A DNA stretch of 64,000 nucleotides from Camelus dromedarius (GCF_036321535.1 NC_087447.1:37202001-37266000), one strand, 5' to 3'. Shown: positions 12,483-26,354, counted from the first letter of the stretch. Made by a program: numbers and translations. The notes: a model not told the origin generated them from the sequence alone.

Positions 12483-14934
12483 CCACAACATTTTAAGGGC
12501 CCCAACAATGATGGGGGTAGATATGGAATACTCTCATTTATTGAGCACCTTCTATGAGCCAGGGTCTGTGTAAGGCTTGATCCTGAAGTCCTCACCTTGT
12601 TTCTGAAATTTTATATGACGAGAGAACTGAAAGGGAAGTTACAGCGCTTGTCTGAGATCCCAGAGCTAGTGAGGTGCAAGGGAAGAGCTTAGATCTGAAG
12701 GTCTATCACTTCACTTGGACCCTGTTACGGTAGGCGGTCTAGCAGAGTCCGTGTGACCTCACGTTGGGGGAATTGAAGAGGGATTCCGACGCAAACCGAG
12801 GCCCATGCTCACTGTTCTCTGAGGTCCCGTTCAGCTCTGAAGCTCTGTGCACAGACCTGGGGGCCTGAGGAAGCGTGGCTGGAGTTCTGAGAGCTGGGAG
12901 GAGGAATGAGGAGGAGTGCTTTGTGGTTGAGTCATCTGTTCAGCAGCATGATGTGAATGACAAATGGACCTCCCCCAGGATGGAGTCCTTCCAACTGTAC
13001 TCAACAATAAAACGCTCCACAAAGAAACCTGACAATTTGGTTGTTAATTCAAAACATCCTTCTCCAAGCTTCCTAAAACGACAATCTAATTGTTGCAAGT
13101 TGGTGGTTTATAAAAAAAGAACAGAAAAGAAAGTAAAATCATATTAAGTACAAATGGGCATTTCTTCTGTAACTTCTTCTGCAATAACTGTTCTTATGTT
13201 CATTTTACCAGGAAATCTTTCATGTCACCATCAGATTCTTAATTTACACACTAAACATTTATTTCTATAAAAAGTCTAATGTCATTCCAAGAAATGAGAG
13301 GTTTCCCACTCTCTCTTATGAGAGGCGATTTAGTGATGGAAACCGCCTGGACCCTGGAGCATAGGACCTGATTTTAGGCCAGGGATGCAACGGTAGCTAG
13401 CTGGTTCTTTAACCTAGGCAACATCTTCAGCTTCTCTGAACTTTGGTTTTCTCATTTATACAATCAGATTAAAATCTGTACATTGCAATCTGTGGGGGGA
13501 AGTTCAATAGATGGTTTTCTATGAGAAAGTCTTTTAAGCTCTAGTGGAAAATACTGATGTTTGTTACTCTTCTAAGTCAAAGGGCTTGGCCTGTAAAGCA
13601 TTGTTTTGGCTCCTGGGATGGTTTCAGACTTATTAATTTATTATCCATTTGTCATTCATCCATTCATTCATCTATCCACCCACCTATCCATCCATGTCTC
13701 CTTCCACTATCTAGCTTTCTACTTATTTAACAAATGTTTATTAACTTTCTGCTATATACCAAATATATAATCTGCAGCTAGGACTATAGGCATGAATTAC
13801 ATATAGTATGATTCCTGCCTCCAAAGTCCTTCTTTCCAGAGAGAGGAGCAGACACATTTATACATAATTATGTAATGAAGTGACCACAGTATAAGACTGT
13901 ACCTCTTAAACCATGGGGGGAATTGCAACCATCTCAGATTATTTTGTTTTTCCAATTGTCTATTAGAAGCAATGGAGAAGATTGTGGAATTTCAATTGTG
14001 AATCTGTCCTGGAGTGGGAAATAGAGCAGGCCTTTGATATAAAGAAGGGAGAGACTTTCTCTGGCGTTGGGAGTCGGATGGGGATGCCTTGGGAGACGGG
14101 GGAATGATTCTGGTGGTGAGTCCTCTGACTCATGGAGTAGACCAGGTGAGCTGTGCCTCAAACTTCAAGTTGTTCTACTCTGGGGCCGTCAATGGTAGTT
14201 CCAGGGACAGGAAGTGTGGTGAATGCTTGTTTCCAAACTGCTCATCTTGATAATCAACAATTCAGGGAAATGAGAATAATCTGAGGACTCAGGGAGAGCA
14301 GATATCATTCCATAATCATGCGGAAGAGCTAATTCTTAGTACAGTGTCTCCCTCAACCTCAGCCACCCTGTGCCTTGGGAAAATGGTGTGCATGCATGTG
14401 AAAGATCAGCCTAGCTGATTGTGTGGGGATGGGTTGATGTAGTTGTTAGTGTCCAGGCCAAGTGTGTGGATTTCAGGTCAGCCTACAGACTCAGCAGGGA
14501 ACTAGAGGCTAAACAGGAACTAGGGAAGAAGACTCATGAGGGGAGCCTTTGCAGTGGGCATTAGGGGAGCAGGCACTTCCTCCACATCCTGGGTATCAAG
14601 ATTAATCACACCTGCTGGGGTGATGGACATTGGATGTTCTGTCCAATGCATTCTCATTGACTTAGAGGCATGGTGAAGGTCTTCATTCTCTCAAGCTAGG
14701 TGGCAGAGATGGGCAGGTGCCGGTAATTTTGATCATATACTAACCTCTTCATTTCTTTATTCACCCTCTTCCTATTCTGATGTGTATACAAATGCAACAC
14801 ACAGTTTTAAGGGGTTTGTATAAGACTGAATTTTATTCTCTGTCACTTCTTTCTGTATAATTATAGGTTCCATTTGTGTTTCACTTATTTTATGTCAGGT
14901 CCTACACTAAATGCTTTGCATACACTATCAATAT

Positions 14935-15320
14935 ATCTGTTAAGATTCTTTATGTGGCAAGCAACAGAAAAACTAACTCAAACTGGCTTCAGCAATAGGG
15001 AGTACCTTGGCTTGTGTAAAGAGAAAGTCCTGAGGCAGGTTCAGTGTAGGAGTCAAAGACATCAACAAGAACCAGTTTCTTTCCATCTTTGTTCCACCTT
15101 TCAAAGTTCAACTTCATCTTAGGGTTAGCTCCATGGTCAAGAAATGTCTACCAACAACTCCTAGGTCTATATTCTCTCGTAGTCCATGTCCAGAGAATCT
15201 CTTCCCCAACTGGCAATCAATATGGGTTCCATATTGGATGATTTAAGTCAAGCCCACCCTTGAACAATCACAAAGGCAAGGGGGTGAAATTGGGCTGATT
15301 GGCTGAGATCTACAGTAGTA
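14935..15320 (-). mobile_element. Old MaLR LTR (MLT1J/K-like)
   Basis: 'gcaagcaacagaaaactaactcaaactggcttcagcaat', 'cccacccttgaacaatcac', 'gctgattggct'. Confidence 0.55.
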
Positions 15321-16659
15321 ACCTGCTCAGTCACTGACTTTGTCTTTCTCTCCCTCCTGTCTTACTTCCCTGTTCCTCTCATCAGTACACAAGATCTGCT
15401 CTGAGGGAATCTCACCCAAAGCAGTATCTTGGCCCCACTACTGAGCTATAGGAATCTCTAGCCATTTGTGCTGTATCTAAGAAAGTACCATGGACATAAC
15501 AGGGGCCTAATAAGTGTCAATGGATGGATGAATCCCAACCCAGGAATGTGGTGACCACACAAAATGTACTTTGTCCTCTGTAGGCCAAGTATGACCATGA
15601 CCCTTCCCCACCCTCATTTCATTATTTCTTCTTTGGGTCCTGTAGTGATATAAGGAAGACAGATACAGGTCTATCTTTCTAAACCTTAATAGATTGTTTT
15701 GAGTGAAGCTTTCGCTGACATCATGGGAGCAAAGTATAATGGGTATCAGGTTATAAGACAATCCCAGGGAAGAAATATTCATAGAAAGTTCATAGATGAG
15801 GTCCCACAATCTAGTATAGTAGCTTTCCTAATTTCCTTCCAATGCTACTCCATCCCAATACCATGGTAACTCATACCTTGGAATACAGACTGAGGATAGT
15901 GGGAGTGACTTCTAATACTTTTCTTCTGATACTCTAATTAAGCAATTTGGATTCAAAAGATTTCTAACCTTTCCAGACTCTCGATCAGAGAAGGTAAGCA
16001 AAGTTCCTTAGGGAGTGATAAAATATGATTCATGAGAAAAATGGGGGCTATAATAGAAGCATTGTAAAGCCGCTAGCAGAGGAAATAACACTTAAGAAAA
16101 TAACACCATATTCCTGGTTGGTAGATTAAGAAAGAAGGGGAGTAAATCATCTTTATTCTTCTGCTCTTCATAACAGTTTGTAATTCTGTCGACTTCTGGG
16201 TTTCCACGTGGCTAATGTTAGGACTATAATATTCACAGCAATTAAAGGCTAGAAGGCTTTGTTTTTGTGGGTTCACAGGTGTATACAGATATTCTGAATT
16301 AAAATCAAGATTAAGTTAAATTAAGAAAAATGTAAGTTATGGTGAGAAAGCTTATAAAGGTAAATGAAGACTTTCCATATTTTTACCATCTAAATCTTTT
16401 ATCCATTACATTGCTCTGAAACACATTAAATGACACTTAAAATGTATTACATAAATAATAAAAATATACAATTTGGATAGTCACTCTTACCTGGACTTGA
16501 TCGAAGTATCACAGGATCCCACTTACTGGAGCAGTGGCAGTATGTCCCCAGGACAGCATGATCTAGGCAGAAAGGAGGTGGGGTAGAAAGAATTCCACAT
16601 GTGTTACAGTGAATAAGCTAAACTTGTATAAATTCATAAAATTCAGAAAGCAAATTAAT

Positions 16660-16830
16660 TCTTCTTTAGTAACAGCTTTCCTGGAGGATACAATTGGCAT
16701 AAAATAAATTTCACATATTTGAAGTGTGCTGATTTAACTTTTGACATATACACACTCATGAAACCATCTCTTCACTCAAGATGCTACATACTCCAATCTC
16801 CCCTCAGAATTTCTTTTTGAACTTTTTGCG
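16660..16830 (-). mobile_element. Old L1M 3' end fragment
   Basis: 'aacagcttt...gatacaatt...cacatatttgaagtgt...ttttgaca...cactcatgaaaccatc'. Confidence 0.55.
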
Positions 16831-16831
16831 G

Positions 16832-17216
16832 TGTTGGCAGCATCACCACCAAATCCCTCTAAGGACAAATCTCCTTCCCTGTAGAGTTCTGGGTTAGCTT
16901 GTCAATGAGACGATGCATGAGATTTGGCAAGTGGAAATGAAATGGTGATTCCTTCCAGAAGGTTGTGGTTGCCAGACACTGCAGGCCTTCAGACCTCTCT
17001 CAATCCCTTCATGGTTGCAGTGGCTGGAGAACATCCCTACTCCAGTTCATCAGGATTCATTCTAGTGAATGTTTCTCTGATCCTCAGATGGCAGATCCTT
17101 CCAGATCTTCATTCCCTCAACTCTTCCTACATTGAAGTCCCAATTCCAACATGAATCCCCTTATTCCCATAATGACATAGTGGCTAAATTATTTTGACTG
17201 AACCTAGACCAATACA
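16832..17216 (+). mobile_element. ERVL solo LTR (LTR33-like)
   Basis: TG...CA termini; 3' end 'atccccttattcccataat...gactgaacctagaccaataca'. Confidence 0.6.
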
Positions 17217-20200
17217 GGGACTTAAGATGCTGGGCAGTGGCGAGGACTTCTAGACTAGAAGATCACACGGTAAAAGGGATACTTAAGGAAAATTGCATAC
17301 AGGGAACCCAGAAACCTATCCAATGATGATGTTGATAGTTACCTCATTTTGCATATGATCCTGCTTTGAGGACATCCCCTGATGCGGGGGGTGGGGTCTG
17401 ATTACCTGAAGCAGAGGCCAGCTCTGTGTCATGTTCCTTACCACAAGTTCTAGTTGATGGTGTGTCAGCCTGTGCCTATGTGTGGACCTGGGATGTGTGA
17501 GAAGGCAGCATAGCTCTCTTTGTACCTGGTCCTATTCCATCATGAGTCCAGGAATGGGAGCTGACATGAGATCCAGAACACCTGGTTCTGACTCTCGTAA
17601 ACCATGTGTGCTTGAGCAAACCACTCCCTCTGCCCGTACCTCGGTTTCCTCATCTGTTAGTTGGTCAAGCAAAGTAATTATCCTAGAGGTGCCTTTCAGC
17701 CCTAACATTCCACCAGTCCATGAATGCATTAGACAGCAGTTTGATTTCCTTGGCTCAAAATGTCCCACCACGCTGGGCCTGCGACAAGGCCAGCATCTCT
17801 AGGCCAGGCCTGGAGGCTGGAAGCTTTCTCCTGGGCCTCTGGGGGCTGATTTATGGTCATGACCTTGTTCTGGGATGGGACCTGAGGGCAGCCAGGGAGG
17901 TGAGAATCCGCAAGCACCAGAGAAGCAAACAATTTTGCCCACAAAGTCAGGGCCCAAAGCAGGCTTGGCCGTTCCAACTGCTGACAGACAGACAAATGGA
18001 TGGACATGCCTCCCTCTCACTTCTTGGCCCTTCCCTTGCCAGGGCTACTGCCATGCTGCATGGTGTGATGATTAGGTTAAGAATAAGGCCCAGCGCAAAT
18101 TTATGGTGTCTATAAGCCTCCCATGTTTTCTCAGGGAAGATTCTCTCAGCAAGGCTCCCCTTTCCCTTGTCCCAAGGCCCCGGGCCGAGGCTGCACACAA
18201 ATCTTGATTTCATCAGGAGCTCTCTGTTCCCTCAGCTGCTCTTGTTTTCCTTCTGAAGGCACAAGCCCTTTCCTAGAAGTTTTACTGTTCCCTCACCACC
18301 TCGTTTTCTCACGAGTGCCTTCCTGGGGAGCTGGGACTCAGCCAGCCTGTTCTTGTGGCCAATAGGCCCAGCGCCCACAAGAAAGCTTTTTCCTATTATG
18401 TCTCTTGTTGTCATTTGAAAAAAGAAAAGACAATAAAAATCTCTCTTCCTCCACATTCTCTTTATAGATTTTCTCATTAAGAGAATTAACAGCAATCAAA
18501 GCCAAATCCATAGCTGCTTCTCTTGGGACACATCAACTTCAAACTCTTTGCCACTCAAGTCAAAAGTGACGCATGCTGGCTGCCAACACCGAGCTCTAGC
18601 GTCAGCTTCAGTCATCATCCCTGCAGTGCAGCTGGGGAAGAAGAATGCTACTTGCCTGTAACCGTCAGCCGCTGTCTTCTAGGGTTGACGGGGAACTCTG
18701 TGCTTGGCTGCTGACTACACTTCTGTAATGGGCCCATAGAATTGTTCTTTCTGGAAGCCATCCAGACCCAGAATGGGTTGAGGGGGAGCGCTCCTCACTC
18801 CTGGAAAGGCTCGCATAGAGGATAAGTGTTCCTCGGTTGGCTGAGGAATTACACCGGCTGACCATTAAAGTCCCAGTTCACTTGATAGGCTCCTGAACCC
18901 GGGCCCTCTGCCACCAGTCTTGCAATGGCGTCAGAACGGCAGGTCCATCAAGGAAGGTCTGATAGGATACAGAGCCTAGGTACAGCCATCAGATGGGTAA
19001 GTCTCCACGGCAGGGAGAAGTGTAACTGTAGGTGGGGGGTATCAAATAAAATTCTCTGCAGCCAAACCAGAACTTCTCAGGACAGTTGTGGGCACTGCAT
19101 AATATAACACAGGCAATGCAATGGAGACATTACAGGTTTCTAGTATATAGTTTATGATGACATTAGCTTAGTGATTGTGAGACTTTCAGATATATTGGAG
19201 GGTGCAGTGGTCTAATAGTCAAGAGAACCTGGTTAATGTTCTATTTCTTTGTGTGATTTAGGGGAAGTTTTTTCTTTTCTTTTCAGATCTCAATTTCCTC
19301 ATCTATAAAAATCCAGGATTGCTCTGTATCTGCATTTCCCAAAAAAGGTTCCAGGGAAACTTAGTCCTATTAGGTACTTCACATTAAATGATTTCATAGT
19401 AAAACATGTTTGGAACCCTCATGTGTGATGATGCTCATTAGAAAATGACAACACTGATGTGCCTGTGAAAGGCCCCAAAAAAATCCTGTGCTGAAAACAC
19501 CTGTTTCTCTTCATTCAACCTTGTATTTTCAGAATATCTTTGAATGTAAGAGTCTCTCCCCACCATCCGCCAGTACAAGCCTTTGTCACCCAAGGAGCTA
19601 ACACTCCTCAGCCCACACTCAAGGAAGTTGTAATCTTGGTAATCGCTGACACTCCTTAGTCCTGGGATAGTATGTGCTTCTCAACTAGAAGGAAAATCAC
19701 CAGTGAAGACCTTTAGCGTGGTGAGCGTGAGCAAGACCCCACGCTGCCCGCACCTCTGACGGGGCTAGTGTCTGCATCTCTGACGAATGTCACTGTTAGG
19801 GGCTTCTGCACGTACCCTTTCCTCTGCCAAAAACCCTGTCCATATTCTTTGATGGGCTAACTCAGTCTTCTCATCTCAGCTTCAGCGGTACTTTCTCTGG
19901 GCTGCCTTCCTCATGCCTCCGGTCTGGGTTAGGTCTCCACTTTATATGTCTTTTACTTCCCAGACCTGTCTACACTAGAATAAAAATTGTGTTCTCCTTC
20001 TATCTCCAATGCCTATTAAAGGGTTTGACACAGAGGAGGCCCTCAATAAATATTCATGGAATGATTAGATACAAATTAAGTGACTTTTGGGATTGCTCCC
20101 TTAATTGGGATGGGGGAGCGTGATTACCACTTATGGAAAGGGGTGGAGACATTTTCTTGTCACACGGGGGAAGTTATAGATAGAAAGACATCAGAGTTGT

Positions 20201-21599
20201 TCAAGACGGAACTAGCTGCCTCTCTTAGGAGAGAGCTTCCCATGACTGAACATGCTCACCACAAACATAAAGGAGACCATCATCAATTGGAATTTTGAAT
20301 GAAATGACTTTGACATTTCCTTCTAATGCCAAGAATCCAGGATTTAATTCTTTAATCAGTATTCTGTGTAATTTACATATTCCCTACAAAATAAGGGCTC
20401 TTTTGTCAAATATCTTTGGTTTTTGAGAACTAAAACTAAATTCAAACAATAATTAATACTCACAATCTATTATATTAATAATACCAATCTAGTGCATTAA
20501 TAAGAATACAGTTTAAATGCTGGAGTCAAGGAACAATTAAGCTATATTATGCAGCACTCAATGATAATAGAGATTAATTTTTTAAGCTTATGATATAATG
20601 TTAACTGAAAATATGTAGACCTAAACAACATTATATAAGCACTGTGACTGCAACCTGGTAACATGCAGGAGAGAAAAAAGATGGGAAGGAAACACACGCA
20701 AATACAGAGTGTGTGGGTGAAGAAAATGGGACTAGAAGTAAACTTTATCTGTTTTTTAAATTGCTTCAGCAAAACTTCTCTCCAATTTTTATAATGTGCT
20801 TGTCTTCTTTGTAAATGTTTTAAAGATAAAAATAGGATTGGAAACAACAGAAAATATGCTTGCTGGCACGGCAAACATTATTTTGACTTTTTTCCAGCTG
20901 AGGTTTTGGAGACTTGTTCAAAGATAACTGGACTATAAGAATAATTCTGGCCTCTCTCCTCTTCCCCAGTTGTCTTGAAATGTCCTTCATAAAGAGACAG
21001 AATGACAACAGTCACTCCCAAATCAAATACTTCACATAGTCACTGACAACTCCCGAAGACCCAGAGCGGGAAACTAGACTGAAAGTGAAACGTGGAGAAG
21101 TCTGGACTCATCTACCCTCATTTCCATTTGTGATTTTTCGGTTATGTTGCTTTTATGGAGGATGAAGCAGAGGGCAGGGGTAGGTGGGGACAATTGGCCC
21201 AGGTCAGCAACCTTTTTCCTTTGTCCTAAAGTAAATCCCAAAAGCTATTACCAGGAAAAAGAAAAAAAAAAAAGTTTCTGTTTGGCTTTTTGCTGCTCTG
21301 GCCATAAACAACAGTCTGGGATCAAGGGTGTTGTGGATGCACAGGATTTAATCTCCGCCAGGTTTTCTTCCCATAAACATCCTCTCAGCTGTCCTGGCCC
21401 AAGGCATCTTTCCCTTTGTGAGTCTGATGCATGGTTTTCGATGGAGTGGCCTGCTGCATTGCTCTCCATGGACCCGACTACCAATTCTGACCCTTCCAGC
21501 CTGGAAAATCTCAGCTCATTCATGCTTGAGATATTTGGGCCCAAGACAGCCCCTGACTTAGTGTTTAAATATAATTTAATGGAACAGAGAGGCCTGGCA

Positions 21600-21790
21600 A
21601 AGTAGAAAGAGCATGGCTTTGGGGAGTCAGAACAATTTAAGTTTGAATCCCAGTCCCTCTGCTTACAAACAATATGACTTTGGTTAGACAAGTTACTTAA
21701 CTTCCAGAAGCCCTTGTTTCTCCTCGTGATTTCTATCATGAGGGCTGTTTTGTGGATTGAATAAAATATCAGATGCAAAGTGACTAGTAG
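21600..21790 (+). mobile_element. MIR SINE
   Basis: 'gaaagagcatggctttggggagtcaga...tttgaatcccag...caagttacttaac'. Confidence 0.75.
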
Positions 21791-22047
21791 AGTAAATTGA
21801 AGTTCCTATTCCTTTGGTTGCTAGTGTCACAGGCTCAAGTGTTGAAATCACATTTTCAAAATATTTCTGATGACTTGAACTGGATCCTGAGGAAATTCAC
21901 CAACACGGTGAGAGATCTGGAAGCCAGTCCTTATGAGGAGTAGGTGGAAGACATGAACGCATTTCATGTAGAGAAGATCAGAAGCTGTAATAACTGCCTT
22001 CGCATCTATGATTCATTCAAATCTGAAAGAGGGAGCTGACTGGTTAT

Positions 22048-22203
22048 GTTTTTTTTAAATTTTTTATTGAAGTGTAGTTGATTTAAAATGTTAGTGTACA
22101 GTAAAGTGATTCAGTTTTATACATATACACACATATATATATAAAACATACATATATACACATGCATATATATTTTTCTTTTCAGATTCTTTTCCATTAT
22201 ATT
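22048..22203 (-). mobile_element. Short lineage-specific L1 3' end
   Basis: T-tract then 'tttattgaagtgtagttgattt...gtgattcagtt...cagattcttttccattata'. Confidence 0.8.
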
Positions 22204-22671
22204 ATTTTTTCCCCTCTGTTACTAAAAACATTTTTATTGGGTATCAGATTCTGTGCTTATCACTGAGGGTAGACTAGGCAACAGGAGATCTCCTGACTTC
22301 CTGGAGCTTGTAATCTAGTTGGAAAGACAAATATTGAATGAGTAATTTTAAGTGTGATTGGTGATAAAAAGATAAAACAAGGAGAATCAAGGACACTGTG
22401 GGGTTTTGTAACTGACTAGAAATTGGACCAATGGATGTGAACTGTAGGGTAACTACGTTCCACATAATAGTCAAAAGAGAGGCATGTAATTGCCTATAGT
22501 CAGGCAGTTTGTGTACTGTACAAAGGGTCTAGCTGCAGTGATGAGTGAAGATTGAAATCTATGCCTTACTTTTCTCCTCAGACCGTGCGCCTACAGGGAT
22601 GCATCTGCTTCAGAGTGGTGCTTTTTCTAATTTGCACAGAACCATCATATAGTCTGGTAGTGCCCCTGAAC

Positions 22672-22973
22672 TGAGGTCTCCAAATCGTGGCCCATGGCAG
22701 ATTCTGGGCTACAGATACTCTTTGTTGGCCTGTATATCGTTTTTGTTTATTTGTTTTCTAATTTTGCTTTTAGATTGATTAGCTGTTAGATTTTAAAGTC
22801 TGGGAGACTTCACATTAGAATCCAAATTTCTGAGTCTTATGGAAAAATTAGGAAACCTGATAATACTGGCCCCATGTTTCCAAGAAGGAAATTAGCTGGA
22901 GGTACTTTAGAGAAATAAAGACATTCCCTGATCCCAATCCTTTACTTCAAGTAGCTTGAGTTTGCTAGCCCTG
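22672..22973. mobile_element. hAT-Charlie MITE (MER102/MER112-like)
   Basis: 'ccaaatcgtggcccatggcagattctgg...tttgttggcctg' start and 'gagtttgctagccctg' end. Confidence 0.45.
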
Positions 22974-23454
22974 TTTTTCATGCAGGCAATGGGCTGACTG
23001 CTGAGATGATGGATCCCCCTCTGAAGCCATAGCTCAAGCTCTGGGTCAGAGACACCATACAGGAGCCTTCTATACCAGGTATGAAGTTTTGACCAAGCTT
23101 TAGGTTTCCTAGGTGCCTGAACTCCTATGGATGAAAGTCTGTCCTTGGTCTCATGACACAGTCATTTATATACATAGTACGGAAGTATATGGACCAAAAT
23201 AAGAGCTTTTCCTTTGTATGTTTGTTTACATGACCATATCAAGCATCTGAGTTTATTCAACAATCCTACAGTGAATTCCTAATGTGAATGCAACACTATG
23301 TTGTGCAATATAGAGGAATTACAAATTGTTTATTTTAGCTTTATTATCAGTCTACTAAATGATTGATCAGCTAACTAATATAAGTTATATTATGTTAACA
23401 CCCCCCCCCAAAAAAAAGATCATGTATGATGAATTCCATCTTTGTACACAAAAT

Positions 23455-24196
23455 GTGAGTTGTGCCCTCCTCAGGACCTCAGAATGTGATTGTGGTTGGA
23501 GATAAGATTGTAGCTGGAGGTAACTTGGAGATAAGAAGTAATTAAGTTAAAATGAAGTCGTTAGGGTAGGCCCTAATTCAATATGACTGATATCCTCATA
23601 AAAAGAGGAAATTAGGACATGAACATACAGACAGATGGACAACTATGTGAGGACACAGTGAGAGAGTGACCACTGTCAAGGAGAAAGACCTTAGAAGAAA
23701 CCAAACCTGCTGATACCTTGATCTTGGACTTCCAGCCTCCAGAATTATGAGAAAGTAAATTTCTGTAGTTTAAGCCACCCACACTGTGGTATTTTGTTAT
23801 GGCAGCTGCTATAAACTGAATGTTTCTATCCCACCAAAATTCATATGTTGAAACTAATCCCCTGTGTGATGGTATTAGGAGGTGGGGCCTTTGGGAGGTG
23901 ATTAGGTCATGAGGTTGGGGCCTTCATGAATGAGATTAGTACCCTTTTAAAAAATACCCCAAAGAGCTCCCTCATCCCTTCCACCATGTGATGACACAGT
24001 GAGAAGATAGCCGTCTATCAACCACGAATTGAGGTCTCACCAGGCAGCAAATTTGCTGGTACCTTGATCTTGGACTTCCCAGCCTCTAGGAGTACTGTAA
24101 GAAATAAATTTCTGTTGTTTATAAGCCACCCAGTCTATGGTACTTTGTCATAGTAGTTCAAATGGACTAGGACAGCAGGCCTAGGAAACTAAAACA
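23455..24196 (+). mobile_element. MaLR LTR (MLT1B-like), interrupted near its 3' end by an MLT1A LTR
   Basis: 'acctcagaatgtga...taattaagttaaaatgaagtc...ccttgatcttggacttccagcctccagaa'; last bases 'cctaggaaactaaaaca' resume at 24180-24196. Confidence 0.85.
23807..24174 (+). mobile_element. MaLR solo LTR (MLT1A0-like)
   Basis: Starts 'tgctataaactgaatgttt', ends 'atggactaggaca'; 5-bp TSD GCAGC/GCAGG (23802-23806 / 24175-24179). Confidence 0.88.
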
Positions 24197-24220
24197 CTAA
24201 CTAACTAACTAACTAACTAG
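24197..24220 (+). repeat. (CTAA)n microsatellite
   Basis: ctaactaactaactaactaactag. Confidence 0.9.
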
Positions 24221-25401
24221 TTAATACAAATCCTCTTTTCTTCCCTTAAAGAACCAATACAGTCAGAGGGAAGGCTTGATTTGTAAACATTTGCATCAAT
24301 AGCCCAAGTAATATTACAGTGAGAATCAGATCACATCATTCCCCTTTTATTAACCCTCCAATGGCTTCTCCTTGTATTTAGAATAAAAAACAATTTCTGG
24401 CTGGCAAAATGTTAGTGTGATCCAGCACCTTCCCAGTGGCCTAACTCAGTTTGGGCCACCATCCTTCTTGCCATGACACACAGCCACCCTGATCTCTCTG
24501 TTCCTCCTACAGGCTGACACCAAGCTCTTTGCCACCTAAGGTCTTAGCATGCTTTGCTTTTCTTCCTTCTTTCCCAGTTAGTCTCACTGTCATCATCTCT
24601 CCCAGCCAGGGATGGAGGAGGAGAGTTCAAGAAAGAAGAGGAAGAACATCCATTTTCTGAGAAGTAAGTGAATGTTGCAACAAGGCACTGGGCTCAGTGC
24701 TTTGCATTCATTATCTGAAGAAATACAAGGCTCTATGAGGTAGGTAATATTAACCTCATTGAACAGATGAGGAAACAGATTCAGAGAAGTCACAAAGTCT
24801 AAGTAAGAAGGGGGATGGAATTTGCACCCAAGTCTGACTTACTGGAGAGCCCTTCCACATCCTGTCATATCACACTGCTGGCCGCGGCACCTGGTCATCT
24901 GCTGGAGGGGGCTTCCTGCTCAGTTTCAAAAATATAACAACCTTGGAGTCTTTCCTTCAAGTTAAACAGGCTCTCTATAGGCTTTTCTGTTGAGTGCAAA
25001 GACCATTGAAATCCCCACCATCCATACTTCTCTGCTAAATTTTAAAAATAATCTGTCCTTTGATTTAACCCAAGCACGTTCAGAAGAGCTTCTGCTTGCA
25101 GCTAGGCTTGGAGGATAGGAGACTGAGCACGGCAATGAGCAGAGAAAAGGAGAGGAGAGGGCACATTGGACACAAAGCTGAGCCAATTGTGGCAGCAGGA
25201 GTTGGCAAGGTGTGGAGAATGGGAGTCAAAACCCCTGGGTTCCCTTCCAGCTCCATTTGTGGGGCTATGCCAGTCACTGTGTCACCCTGAACTTCAGCTG
25301 GATAAGGGAATGTGGAGTGATGCTTGTCCTACAGGAGTGCTCACAGACAGAGATAGGTGATAAAGAAACTTGTAAATTATAAAGTATCATGAAGATGAGA
25401 G

Positions 25402-25438
25402 GTGTTGATGTTGTTGTTGTTGTTATTATTATTATTAT
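25402..25438 (+). repeat. Compound (GTT)n(ATT)n microsatellite
   Basis: gtgttgatgttgttgttgttgttattattattattat. Confidence 0.9.
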
Positions 25439-25893
25439 TTTGTAAAAGTGTTGAGAATGGTATGAACCCAGACTCAGCTCCACTGAACAGAGACAAGGCT
25501 CGTGGAATTTGACTTGGCCTTGGAAGACTTTGTGACCTGAGAGATGACACAGTGCATAGTCCATGGGTATAGAAATTAAGCTTTATCCTAGCTGTGATCA
25601 GTGTCAAAGGAGGCCCAAGCCAGTGACAGAGTGATACTTTCTAAGCAGCAAGTTATAGCCAAAGTCCAAGGTATTACCATTCAGGTCTGAGTGATCATTG
25701 CCTTCAGAGCATGACACCAGCAAGGACCTGGGACCCCGTGATTCTGTCCTGTTTCTCAAGTTCAGAGAGAACTGGAAAGTTGGTGGACCATGGCCAAATA
25801 ACCTAGGGTAGATGATATGCTTGGGTAACTAGTACACTGAATGGGAAACTGATGCTGCAGCTGAGTTGGCCAGAGAGCATCCTGGGTTGCTAT

Positions 25894-26315
25894 TGTAATG
25901 TGGCTCCCAGTTCCCTCTTCAGTGAAGAACTCATTGCCTCAGCTACTGAGAGTGCTGTTTGCAGATGGGCCTTCAGCTGTTAGTCCCTTCAGGATCTACC
26001 TCAACTGTAGACATCCCCTTGCCCAAGATCACACCCTTCCCACTAAGCCCACATTCAGTGATTGATCAGTGCTGGACTGTGAAGACCTGGTCATCTCAGC
26101 CCACCCTGGACAACCCTGAAGGACCGTTCCACCTCCATAGCCTCCAAGGGGTTGCCTGAGGCTGTCACTGAGCCTGAACCACAGCCAGACTTCTCCCTCT
26201 GCTGATTTCTTCCCCTCCTTTCCCAAGTGTTCACCCCAAGGACACTCCTTAATGAACATCCTGTGTGCTAGACTGTGTCTCAAAGTCAACTTTCTTGGGA
26301 ACTCAGTCTACAACA
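25894..26315 (+). mobile_element. ERVL solo LTR (LTR16-like)
   Basis: TG start; 'ggacaaccctgaagg', 'cttctccctctgc', 3' end 'ctcaaagtcaactttcttgggaactcagtctacaaca' resembling the LTR16 terminus. Confidence 0.65.
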
Positions 26316-26354
26316 AACATCCCATGGGGTTTAAATAACCGGATAGGGTGATGG
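26282..26354 (+). repeat. Left copy of 73-bp direct duplication flanking the L1
   Basis: Aligns ungapped to 31829-31901 with 4 mismatches. Confidence 0.95.

Noticed and set aside
21144..21778. Overlapping 153-aa (+) and 176-aa (-) ORFs
   Set aside because: They span an A-tract and a MIR; no family resemblance or clear splice structure.
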